Part shown: positions 10,201 to 20,000 of the stretch, one piece after another
Numbering within the stretch: the stretch's first letter is position 1
Layout of the letters: each line of letters opens with the position of its first letter
Origin: Craspedostauros australis
Taxonomy: Eukaryota
NCBI GenBank assembly: GCA_030167865.1
Contig: JALAGF010000153.1
Span: forward strand, 52,813 to 72,812
Length of the DNA: 20,000 nt
Direction of reading: 5' to 3'
Translations under genes and position numbers: made by a program
Notes under the pieces: model-generated
The model's input: the letters and a program-made list of their open reading frames with translations, nothing else
Databases searched by the model: none
Told to the model about the DNA's origin: nothing

Positions 10201-10947
10201 GGGCTTGTAATGATTTTTGTCGCTGAAAGGGCGGTGGGATGCTCAGGCGTCGACTTGCTCGCAGTTCCATTCAAACCCCATGCTCCCACAATGACGGCGC
10301 ACTCGCTTACATCGAACATACTCGTATCGTTCCACTCCATCGTTTTCTCACGCCCAATCGTTTCGGAACGCTATCCTCACACGCTCCTTCCCCTGACACT
10401 AACGAACAGGCCATTCGCATTGATGACCCTCGCCATCTTGCCGTTCATGGCATTTGGAGCGGAGGCAGAGATGGCCATGTACCTTGGAGAAGACGAGGGT
10501 GACGAAAGCGCATTCGATGAGAATTCCAGCGGAGGCATCGTCGTCGAAGCCTTGATGAATATTCGGACGGTCGCATCACTCGTCGTTGAGAAGGACCGTC
10601 ATGAGCACTACGCGACGGCGTTGGAACATGAGCTCCCCAATGAATTCGCCAAGAACTTCGTGAAGGGAAGCACCGCCGGCTTGGGTCAGTTCGTCCAGAT
10701 GTGGGGAATGGCCTTGATGTTCTGGTGGGGCGGATGGCTGCTCAACAACTACAGCGGCACCTTCGAGCTCCGCGACTTCCTCATCTCCATGTTCACGTTC
10801 CTTTTCTCTCTGTCCGGTCTGAGCTTTGCCATGCAGGGCATCACCGACCGCGTCAAGGCGAACAAGGCGGCCGAGCGCATCTTCGGGTTGATCGACCGAG
10901 AGAGTTTGATCGACCCACTCAGTGACGAAGGCAAGAAGCTCAATTGA
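4300..10947 (+). CDS. Full-size ABCB (MDR/P-glycoprotein-like) transporter, 11 exons, ~1386 aa, domain order TMD1-NBD-NBD-TMD2
   Basis: Exons 4300-4555, 4865-5159, 5413-6297, 6575-6580, 6754-7061, 7339-7414, 7619-8116, 8374-8720, 8903-9411, 9661-10103, 10410-10947. All introns are GT-AG and the exons total 4161 nt (1387 codons including stop). Motifs: TMD1 [12 protein letters not shown]1 [60 protein letters not shown]2 [57 protein letters not shown]2 [29 protein letters not shown]. Confidence 0.93.
6531..6550 (+). repeat. (AAACC)4 microsatellite in ABCB intron 3
   Basis: aaaccaaaccaaaccaaacc, ending about 24 nt before the micro-exon. Confidence 0.85.
6575..6580 (+). other. 6-nt micro-exon (TGGAAG) of the ABCB gene
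   Basis: Flanked by acceptor ...ataacag (to 6574) and consensus donor gtaagt (6581). Joining AG|TGGAAG|TGGAAAGTCGACG restores Walker A G-P-S-G-S-G-K-S-T. Confidence 0.88.
7201..7250 (+). repeat. 12-bp tandem repeat (ACACGCACATGG-like, ~4 imperfect copies) in ABCB intron 5
   Basis: acatgcacacgcacatggacacgcacatggacacgcacatgaacacgcat. Confidence 0.8.
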
Positions 10948-11234
10948 ATTGGAGCAATCGTAGTGCAATAACACAATAGTAACATGACAAGTGATGTATG
11001 TACTGAGCAGGACGGCATCAACCCAATGGTAGATGGCCATGCGAAATCCATTGTCTAAACACTCGCAGTTGATGATGGTGCGCAATGTGAAGCGCGAGAC
11101 ACAGAAGTGTGCACGGTTGTGCGAAGAACTTGGTTCAGTGATCAGCTCCTGTTGTTTTGTCCAGAGAAGTTATGTACATGGTGATGTTGTTGTTCTTGCT
11201 ATTGCTCTGTCTCTACCGTTTCGGTTGGACTGAA

Positions 11235-12563
11235 TCACGAGTACGGGTTGATCAAATCAAAGACCACATCTTGTGTCTTGCCACCGAACATGCACTCCAT
11301 GACTGTCTCGGTATGCCCCACGTCCTTCAAGACGTGACACTGGATATCCTTGCACCTAACCCCGACGTCGCTGCTCTCATTGTGCTGCAGCAATGCCTGC
11401 GCAAACTTGTTCGATGCCGAATACGGCACCACCATGTCTTCCGCACCGTGGACGAAGTACATCGCTGGCAGCGTCATGTCGGAGTGAGATGTCTGAACGA
11501 TGCATGTAGGGGAACGACGATTCCAGTTGTCTATCGTGTAATGGTTCGCAGGAATCAACGGCGAGATCTGATCCAAGCCTCTGCCAACCTCGAAGAGCTG
11601 ATGATCCTCCACATGGTACAAGCCGGAGAGTCCGATGAAGCTCTTCACGTTCGCGCGCGATTGGTGCGGCTGATTCAACAAGGCCAACGAGGAAACTTGG
11701 CATCCTGTCGAATGCGCCATGAGAACGATCGGAGATGATGGATATTTGGATTGAATCGCTTGCAGCGACGCCGCGACATCATCGGCCTGACCATCGACGT
11801 CGGTGTCCGGGTACGTTCGGTAACCTACGATTGCAACTCGACATCCACGTTCCAAGCCAGGCTTGGCCAGCAATCGGTACATGGCCGGGAATCCAGAAAA
11901 CCAAGCTCCGCCATGGACAAAGACCATCGTCTTTGGTGGTTGCTGGTGTGTGTCAGCGGCCTGTGGTTCCCAAACATGCATGACCTGCTTGGCATGAGAT
12001 CCGTACCGTATCGCCTCGTATCCGCCGAATTTGGTTACATCCGTCGCATCCGTCGAATCCACCAGCAGACTTACGAGGAAGGACGGCACTCCCGACAACT
12101 GCAGGAACGTTTCCCACGATCCTGGATGTTGCTTCAGCACGGCCGGTCCAGCAGAAATGTACGTCAAGGAATCGACGAGGAACCTCAGCACGCCGAGGTT
12201 GCAAATGGCGTTCTGAAACCAAACGGGTGCGTTGTCGCGAAAGTTGCGAAACCCATCGTCGTCCGGGTTGGCTGCGGGGTCCGCGGGCGGAGGAATCTGA
12301 TCGAACGAGAAGGTCGGATCCAGGATGTTGCTCGTTGGCGCTGCGTCGCAGACACGCACGTCGATGTCGGCGCACGCCTCATCGGTTGCCGTCGCAGTGG
12401 AGCGGATCCGCCATGGACATCGCCTTGTCGATGACGGCGATGGGTACATGTCGTGACGAAGAACATAATGAGCCCCGCTTCTGCCGCTCCACGCTTGGCA
12501 TGTTGGAAAGCGTGACCACAGCACACCAGCCAACGCCACAAAACGCGGCGCCTTTCCAAGCAT
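11235..12563 (-). CDS. Alpha/beta-fold hydrolase, isoprenylcysteine methylesterase (ICME)-like/HSL-type esterase, 442 aa, apparently intronless
   Basis: Oxyanion motif FVHGGAW, GYRTYP, nucleophile elbow AHSTG, FIGLSGLY, candidate acid in HGAEDMVVP and candidate catalytic His in VGHTETV. The N-terminus is signal-peptide-like. Substrate assignment is by resemblance only. Confidence 0.85.
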   Translation of the reverse strand: MLGKAPRFVALAGVLWSRFPTCQAWSGRSGAHYVLRHDMYPSPSSTRRCPWRIRSTATATDEACADIDVRVCDAAPTSNILDPTFSFDQIPPPADPAANPDDDGFRNFRDNAPVWFQNAICNLGVLRFLVDSLTYISAGPAVLKQHPGSWETFLQLSGVPSFLVSLLVDSTDATDVTKFGGYEAIRYGSHAKQVMHVWEPQAADTHQQPPKTMVFVHGGAWFSGFPAMYRLLAKPGLERGCRVAIVGYRTYPDTDVDGQADDVAASLQAIQSKYPSSPIVLMAHSTGCQVSSLALLNQPHQSRANVKSFIGLSGLYHVEDHQLFEVGRGLDQISPLIPANHYTIDNWNRRSPTCIVQTSHSDMTLPAMYFVHGAEDMVVPYSASNKFAQALLQHNESSDVGVRCKDIQCHVLKDVGHTETVMECMFGGKTQDVVFDLINPYS

Positions 12564-12759
12564 TGTTGTTCAGCCTGCAACTGAGACGTCAGTGCTCGTA
12601 GTGGCTGTTGAGGTTGTTGTGGGGAATCTGCATTGTGGGTTGTGCGCTGTCGATGTGATGTTGTTGCCAGCGCGGATTGAAACGAGGAACAAAGAACATG
12701 GATGATTTCTCTCCCGTTCGGGCCAACGTCATTGTTGAGAAGATATTCCGTAGTTGCGT

Positions 12760-12830
12760 GACATTAACATTATCTGCATATTATACGCGTATGAGCACTA
12801 GAAAATTATATACAATATAGATAGTTTTGC
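12760..12830. promoter_or_regulatory. AT-rich patch about 200-270 bp upstream of the hydrolase ATG (candidate promoter, or 3' end signal of the protease)
   Basis: acattaacattatctgcatattatacg...gaaaattatatacaatatagatag; supported only by composition and position. Confidence 0.3.
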
Positions 12831-13100
12831 CGTTGCATCCACGGTCGCCAATTCTCTCCGTCATTTCTTTTTGCGTGGCGGAAGTTCATCCTTCGCTCCG
12901 TTGCGGCAATGCCCGCGGAACGTGTGGCACCAAGACAGGTTCTGGATCATTTGTGTCGTTCTACACGCATGGCAATGTTCTACTTACACTATATTATATT
13001 ACATCACATTTGTACATTTATATCCCCAGAGAGCGTTCCACTTGTATCCATTGCACTGAACGCTCGTGAACATGGATATGGACCTGGACATTCCCGCATT

Positions 13101-16100
13101 TTACTGCGGAAAGACGCAGTAGTCAGAGTTTCCATTCAGATTCCCCTTGCACCCTGGAATGTCATCTCCCGCGTCACGTTGATAGCAAATCAATCCCTCC
13201 TCGCAATCGGCATCCTTGTCACAGTCTCCGGCGCAGCGCGACATGATCACGTCGGGATCTGCACCAAAATCAATGATCTGCAAAATGGGAACTGCGGTCG
13301 GTGAAGCCGTAGCCGATGTGATTGGACTTGGTGTCGGTGCTGAGGTGGCAGATGACGTTGGCTTCGATGTCGGCGCTGCCGTCGGTGCTGCGGTTGGGGT
13401 CGAGGTGGGAGATGACGTTGGCTTCGATGTCGGCGCTGAGGTCGGCCGCGACGTTGCGCGTGCTGTGGGAGCGATGGACGGTGCGCTTGTTGGGTTCTCT
13501 GTGGACACCGTATCCTGTTGGCCATCGATAGGCGCTTCAGTAGGGGCGGTGTAGTCGGGGTCGATCACGCAATAATCGGAGTTGCCATTCAGATTCCCGG
13601 TACAACCTGGAATCGCGTCACCGGCGTTGCGTTGGAAGCAAATCAGCCCTTCTTGGCAGTGAGAATCCTTGTCACAGTCTCCTCCGCAACGGGGCATGAT
13701 CACATCGGGATTTGCGCCAAAGTCCTGGATTTGCAGGATTGGAAGAGGGGTGGGAGAATTGGTCGGTGACTCTGCCTGCTGGATGGTCGGAGACTGCGTG
13801 GGGTCGTCAGTTGGCTCCGTGGTAGGGCTGGATGTTGGTTTTGAGGTTGGAGCCGACGTTGGTGATGATGTTGGGCTGGATGTTGGCTCCGTGGTAGGGC
13901 TGGATGCTGGTTTTGAGGTTGGAGCCGACGTTGGTGATGATGTTGGGCTGGATGTTGGCTCCGTGGTAGGGCCGGATGTTGGTGATGAGGTAGGACTTGA
14001 TGTTGGGCCGGATGTTGGTGTTGATGTAGGACCTGATGTCGGGCTGGCTGTGGGACCAACCGTTGGATTACCTGTTGGAGCTGGTGTCGGGTTCGAGGTT
14101 GGCGCCGCTGTTGGGTTCCGTGTTGGGCCTGTGGTAGGGCCTTTGGTAGGGCTCGAGGTCGGTCCCGACGTTGGAGCTGATGTCGGGCTCGAGGTTGGCC
14201 CTGCAGTTGGCCCTGATGTCGGGCTTGAGGTTGGTCCTGAGGTTGGGTCAGCTGTTGGATTCCCTGTCGGGCCCGCCGTGGGGTTCGAGGTTGGTCCGGT
14301 TGTTGAACCTGACGTAGGAGTGCCTGTCGGACTTGATGTCGGAGAAGCGGTTTCGCTTAATCCTGGTGACACTGTTGGCGCCTCCGTCGGACCCATCTCC
14401 GTGGGTGCCGCAGTGGGCGCGACGTAGTCGGGATCTGTGACGCAGTAGTCTGAGTTACCGTTCAGGTTGCCGAAACACCCTGGAATCTCCTCGCCCGCGT
14501 CACGTTGGAAGCAAACGAGTCCTTCCTGACAGTCGGCATCCGTGTCACAATCCCCTGCGCAGCGAGGCATGATCACGTCAGGATTAGCGCCGAAGTCCTG
14601 AATCCTCAGAATCGGCTCTGCGGTTGGTTGACCCGTCGGAACTGGAGTCGTCGGCTCCGTTGGAAGTGTCACCGTTCCGTCCGCACCGGCAGGTGAAAAT
14701 GTCGGAACAAGGGTGGGAGATACCGTCCGTGTTGGGATTGATGATGTTGTGCGCGTTGGCATGCTGGTTGGATGCTGTGTCGGTGACAGGGTCGGCTGGT
14801 GGGTCGGCGACGATGTTGGCGCGAATGATTTCGTGGGCGACATGGTCGGGATCGCAGTCGGAAGGCGCGTGGGCAATGAGGTGGGGCTCAACGTCGGCGT
14901 GGCCGTGGGATGACGTGATGGTTGCATGTTCACAGTCGGTGATGCGGATGGTACCAAGGATTCCTCGTCCGTGCACGGTCCTTCCAGCTTGGGCACGAGC
15001 GTAGGATCTGGGACACAAAAGTCTGAATTGCTCTTCGTGTTCCCGATGCATCCCGTCATCTCATCGTCTGCATCGCGCAGCAGGCAGATCAATCCCTCCT
15101 CGCACTCGTCGTCAATGTCGCAATCGCCCTGGCATAGCTGCAGCGGAAAGTTGATTGGATCTGGTTCACCTCCCAGATCATCCACGTGCACCCATTGCGT
15201 TGGGTCTTCCATGTACGTTGGCCTCCCGAGCTGCGAGGCGCACGTTGGTGTTGACGTTGGGATGGACGAGGGTTCCGCCGATGGGACGAGCTGAGGCGCC
15301 ATGGTTGGCTCGGTCCGAAGCGAAACCGGTGGCTTACTTTCCGCGTAGCCGTCCGAGGCGCAAAATCCGATCTCGCCGTGGAACGCTCGGTCGTTGACAT
15401 AGTAGGAGTACGAGTTGGAGCTGACGGAGGTGAATGCGCGTCCGTAGTACATGCGGAAGGGACAGCTCGGGCAGGACTGCGTGTTGGATGGATGCACGAC
15501 GCCACTGATGGACGACGTCTCGGTGGACCGGCCGTTCGGTGTGTCGATGCGGAAGGCGATCAAAGTCCCCTTCTTGGCCACGATGAACTCGTCGAATGGA
15601 GGCAGTTCTGTCAACGTGTCGGGTCCCTGACCTCGCACCGACACGCTCTGGACTTGTCGCCACTCCGGATAGTCGCGGAATGTGCTGTCGGCGACGTACA
15701 CATCCACATCCGTCATTCCTGTCGTCTGCACGTAGAGCTTCAAATCCCGGATCGTCGTGTCCTCGAGGATGTCGACGTCGAAGTGAAACGAAACGATGTT
15801 GTCACCTGCCAGGTAGAAATCGGACGTATCCTTCCAGCTCGCGCACGTGAGCTTCGTTGGCGACATCGTGGGCTGCGCCGTGATGGTTGGAGCAGGCGAG
15901 CCTGTGGGCGGGGCCGTGTCTGATGCGATGGTGACGAAAGCGCAAGAATCGGCGGAGGATGGATTCTCGATCTGAGCGACACGGATGTGGATGGGGCTCA
16001 TGATGCTCGGGTCCACCGAATCGATGGTGAAGGTGTCGCCCTGTCGCATACGAGCCTCCAGGTAGGAATCCTGGAATCCAGTGCCGCTATCGGGGGTGCT

Positions 16101-18057
16101 CGTGATGAGAACCCGGTTTCTGCCCTCGTTAGTGTGTGAATTGAAGCCGACGGCGTGGTTGAAGTTGATGTAGTAGTCGTCGTTCCAATTCGGCGTGTTG
16201 ATCTTGATGAGAACAACGAACGAGGACGTGTCTCCATTGGGATCGTAGTTCACGACTCCACAAATCCAACCAGCATAGTTCTCATTGGCTTCAATTTCAA
16301 TCGCCTGGTTGGAGTACCACCCCGTGTTCCAGCTCTTGTGGCCTGCGTCAGGTGATACGTACGTGAATATGTTTGTGAAGGAAGATATGGATCGTGAGGC
16401 ACATGTGAGAGTGATTTGCCAATGCTGACGGCGGATCGCACATTTCGTGATGATGTGAACTTACCATTGAAGGCTTTCTTCTCTTGTTGAACTCCAGACA
16501 GGGTGTACGAATTTCCCATGATTCCACTGTAAAGAGAGAAAGAACAAATGATTTGTGAGACGGGTTTGGTCTTGCGTTGCGGCACAATACAATGTCATTG
16601 CATGTATTATAGAATGCCGCACTTACCTCAAATCATTACGAGTGCCACGTTCGTCATTGGAATGGAACATTCCAAAGTTGTGCGCGATCTCGTGAAGGAT
16701 GGTGGCAACGTGGAATGCAGAATGTCCGTTGGTTCCGACCTCGTTGTACATGGACATTTTGCCTCCGGGTCCGACACGTGCATAGGCTGTGATGAACAAA
16801 CGAATAAGTGAGTGAGTGAAGGCACGGCGACGATCCCCGATGCCACAACGATCCATCACGATACGTACCATACCAATTCGACGACCCGCTCTTGCGCGAT
16901 CCGTACGGCAGAACGCACAAGACATGATCGAATTGGCCGTAGAGACCAACCGATCGCAAATGATCCTTGATCTGATCTTCAAAGTCTTCCGTCTCTTTGC
17001 CTTGAATCGTCGTGGAAATGCGATAATCGTAAATGCCGTCTTTGACGTTGCCCACAGTTTTGGTGGTGAACTGCAACTGGCCGTACGAAATGGCGGCGGC
17101 CTGCGTGATGAAACTGGGAGTCGAAGAGAGCATCTCGGACCGGATATCGGCCTCCGAGATCGCGCCGTCATCAAAGATGGCACGCACAATGACAAAGTCG
17201 CGTTGGCCGATGGCATCGGGCGTTTGTCGCAGTTTCCGCGCAGTTTGCGGGGTGTCAATGAGCATGTCGTGGATCGTGGCGCCTTGTGGCAACTGCAAGC
17301 GATTGAGATGCAGTTGGATGCGCGCGTTGGCAAGGAAGAGGGTTGTGGAGTGAATGTCCAGCTGGTGTGATTGCACCCACTTGGTATCCAATCCCCGGAT
17401 GTGCAAATGATGGGCTCCGTGAAGTTGCTCGTCAATGCCTTGCAAGGCGCATGTCACAGTTGCGTGGTGGTGGTGGGCATTGTTGCTAGTGTCGGTGTTG
17501 TCGTCGTCGGAAGGGTAAAGAATGGTGTGTTCCATGCTCAATTGGCAAGGTTCCTGGAGGATAAGGCTGCGATTTCTATGGCCCTTGAGCGAAGGTGAAT
17601 TGTGCGAAATTGAAGCAGATGGTTTGGAACGATCAATTGTGACAATCGTCTCCTCCTCTGTGGATTGGTCCGCGAGATTGCGATGCTGCTGTGTATGGTG
17701 TGATAGTGATGATGATGGCGTTACATGATTGATGACGATGCATCGAGAGAAGCAAGAAATGAGGTGATTCCACGATAAGGAATGGTGTGAGTATCGTGTG
17801 CGCATGGATGATGTTTGAAGTGTTGATGACCTCACATATTCGAGATGCACTCCAATCGCAGAACATGGAGCAATGTGCTGCATGGAACTTACAGCGGATC
17901 CGCCTATCCGACGCCCAGTGGATGCAGCTGCAGTGCCGATGCATGCAGTTGCTACCAGGAGCAGACTGCAGCAGACGACCTTCCATGCTGCCGAAGATGA
18001 TTGCATTCGTGTGATTCTGTGTGAGGATGGGCGCGTGGCCAACGTTGATGGTGCCAT
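13101..18057 (-). CDS. Secreted gametolysin-like (peptidase M11) zinc metalloprotease with C-terminal PT-rich spacers and four frustulin-type ACR repeats, ~1480 aa
   Basis: Proposed exons (minus strand) 18057-17893, 17688-16869, 16786-16627, 16526-16465, 16342-13101. GT-AG joins give NWY|AYARVG...HEIAHNFGMFHS (HExxHxxGxxH)...DL|SGIMG (Met-turn)...KAFN|GHKSWNTGWY. Signal peptide VVCCSLLLVATACIGTAAA. The first intron (in-frame, 204 nt) and the start (18057 or 18006) are less certain. Confidence 0.87.
13104..13286 (-). repeat. Frustulin-type ACR domain, copy 4 (C-terminal)
   Basis: ILQIIDFGADPDVIMSRCAGDCDKDADCEEGLICYQRDAGDDIPGCKGNLNGNSDYCVFPQ, then stop. Confidence 0.8.
13558..13739 (-). repeat. 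Frustulin-type ACR domain, copy 3
   Basis: ILQIQDFGANPDVIMPRCGGDCDKDSHCQEGLICFQRNAGDAIPGCTGNLNGNSDYCVIDP. Confidence 0.8.
13740..14425 (-). repeat. Coding minisatellite: (PTxx)n mucin-like spacer with 12-bp period and a 72-bp higher-order tandem duplication
   Basis: Translates to PTSSPTSGPTAGPTSSPTSAPT... A 72-bp unit beginning ttggctccgtggtagggc recurs at 13811, 13883 and 13955; the first two copies differ at one base. Confidence 0.9.
14430..14612 (-). repeat. Frustulin-type ACR domain, copy 2
   Basis: ILRIQDFGANPDVIMPRCAGDCDTDADCQEGLVCFQRDAGEEIPGCFGNLNGNSDYCVTDP. Confidence 0.8.
15003..15194 (-). repeat. Frustulin-type acidic Cys-rich (ACR) domain, copy 1 (most divergent)
   Basis: LQLCQGDCDIDDECEEGLICLLRDADDEMTGCIGNTKSNSDFC; 6 Cys; exact match to the C-E/Q-G-D-C-D frustulin core. 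Confidence 0.8.
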
Positions 18058-18432
18058 CGTGATTGTGATTGTCTGCGATTGCAATTTGTGAGGAGAGTGA
18101 TCTCTTTGCTGAAGGATGCGAGCGATTGATGGAAGCAGCTGATGGACGAGCTGGTCTTCGTTGCTGCCGCTGTTGTTGACGCTGGTGATGATGCCAAAGC
18201 CGTGGGGACCTTCGATTTGTGACTGTTGCGTTGAGGTTGTTGGGCGTGGATGAAGTTGTCACGCTGCGATGTCACACTCGCACAGTGCCTCCTCTGCTGT
18301 TATGGCACGCTATACTGCATGCGCTGCGAATCGTGTTGCGTTGCAATGAGCATCCGATGTGGTCTTTCGTCGATGTCCGCCCTCGCTTTGCTCGCTCTTG
18401 TGTTGCCCTGTCGACTGAGTTGCCTTCTTCGT

Positions 18433-18476
18433 TTGGCTTTGCACTTCGTTTTGCGCTTGGCTTTGCGCTTGGTTGG
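18433..18476. repeat. Short imperfect 12-bp tandem repeat upstream of the protease
   Basis: ttggctttgcac-ttcgttttgcgc-ttggctttgcgc-ttggttgg. Confidence 0.6.
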
Positions 18477-20000
18477 CCTTCGTTTTGGTTGATCAGTGAT
18501 GTGTTGAGATGGTGGAGTTGGTCTCTCTCTCTCTTCCTTCCTTTCCCTCCAGGCATCCATGCACTTGTCCGAGCGCTATTCGCAGTCCCTGGTGGTCTTC
18601 GGTGAAAGGGTGATCTCTCCGTTCACCTCTTTCTTCGTCCATCTGATTGTCGGATTATCGTAAACACCCACGTGAGCTCTTTTCGCGTTTCTTGATTGTC
18701 GTTTTGTTGGTTGTCTTCGTTTGGCATCGGCAACTCGGGAATTTGGTGGGGAGGACAATTTGCGTCACCCATCCCTAAAATTGTGACCAACTTTAGCAGG
18801 ACTCTGGCCGAAAATTTGAAGCTATTCCTCATGTCTTAATATAATCAATGCTTGTTTGCCCGTCAACGGAAAAACTCAAATAAGTATTTTCGGTCAATGT
18901 CATGCTTCCACATGGTGATTAGATGCCGCAATGGCGCCAAACCAATCAAGACCCACGCTCCTTACAAGTTCGGAGTTGCAAGAACTGCATCATGGGTCGT
19001 GTGAAACACTCAGCTCTGCGACATGTTACGAGAAGTTGCAACGTCTGTCTACGAGCAGGACAGCGATTTGTTTCCACCACTTCGCCTTGACGGGATCTCG
19101 GACAAGCGCAGCGAAGCGTCGGCGCCTGCAGAGTTGCGCAGGCAGGTGGGAAAGCTGCCACGCGATACTCTACCGCCCATTCGCCGAGTCTCCTGTGCGA
19201 TACAGATGTTGGAGGAAGGATAGAGAGACGGCAACTCTCTGTCCAAATGGGAAGCTTGGATGGGAAGAGCCGGTCATGCGATAACCAGGGGTGATACCAC
19301 TGGTACAGCTAGAGTAGATGATGGGTCAGAAAGGACGAATCGGAGATCAAGATGTTGAAATATATCACAATACTCTACGAGACTACACTCGTGATGCAAC
19401 TAGACGAGGGAGAGACCAGTTGCATAGTATAGTAGCGTCCAGAGAGCGGAGGGCGATAGAGAGAGAGCTCTACTCGTATCTTGAATGGTGCCTGTCGCAG
19501 GACGACCTACGTCCGTCACCCTTTGCGAAAGGGTGATGCTCTGCGACAAATCCGAAGCACATTGGTGTTGCAACCTGGATGGAACTTGGCGATGACCCCA
19601 GAAAATGTGAGCGCCAAAGATACCTGCAGGATCGAAATCATTTGTGTGGTGGGAGTCGATCACTCATCCACCACCATGTGCTGTGATTGCTGTCGTTCTT
19701 GTAGATTCCAATGCAAATGCATGGCACCACAGCACTCCATGTGATTCTGCTTGGGGCCCAATGCCATGCTATGTCCAGCAACACGATGCCATGTGCCAAT
19801 GGTCCCATCACATGTCATTGCTCACTCGTATCGTGCTCGCCACCGCCTACCGATGTCTGGACTCCGAAATGTAGAGCTGGACGCTGCCGAAGTTCAGTTG
19901 ACGAACCTCCTCCACTGCAAAGAAACCAGTACCAGTGCGAGAATTGTCATCCTCGTTTGACTTCCCACCACCAACGTTGTTTCCCTCCGCATCACACTCC

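Noticed and set aside
4300-10947. Fragmented ABC ORFs read as a pseudogene or as several genes
   Set aside because: All fragments join through canonical GT-AG introns into one 4161-nt frame with intact catalytic motifs.
13811-13990. Regularly spaced repeats as a possible CRISPR array
   Set aside because: Tandem units without unique spacers, in frame within a eukaryotic CDS, and no cas genes.
13669-14427. Gly/Val-rich 252-aa plus-strand ORF
   Set aside because: Antisense shadow of the PT-repeat coding region.

Overview
Eukaryotic, intron-containing DNA, most likely a pennate diatom (inferred from frustulin-type C-x-G-D-C-D repeats, an M11-type protease and a bipartite-like targeting peptide). 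Four genes can be reconstructed. (1) Minus strand: one uninterrupted frame fusing a UPF0014 (FetB/YbbM/ALS3-STAR2-like) permease to a FetA/STAR1-like ABC ATPase. (2) Plus strand, divergent from it: an 11-exon, ~1386-aa ABCB/P-glycoprotein-like exporter with the non-canonical order TMD-NBD-NBD-TMD and a 6-nt micro-exon inside its first Walker A motif. (3) Minus strand: an alpha/beta hydrolase resembling isoprenylcysteine methylesterases. (4) Minus strand: a ~1480-aa secreted gametolysin-like (M11) metzincin joined to an unassigned beta-rich domain, Pro/Thr/Ser spacers and four frustulin-type acidic Cys-rich (ACR) repeats. The window ends (1-860, 18100-20000) have no confidently assignable genes. 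Exon structures were derived by hand from GT-AG sites and frame continuity; no database searches were run.
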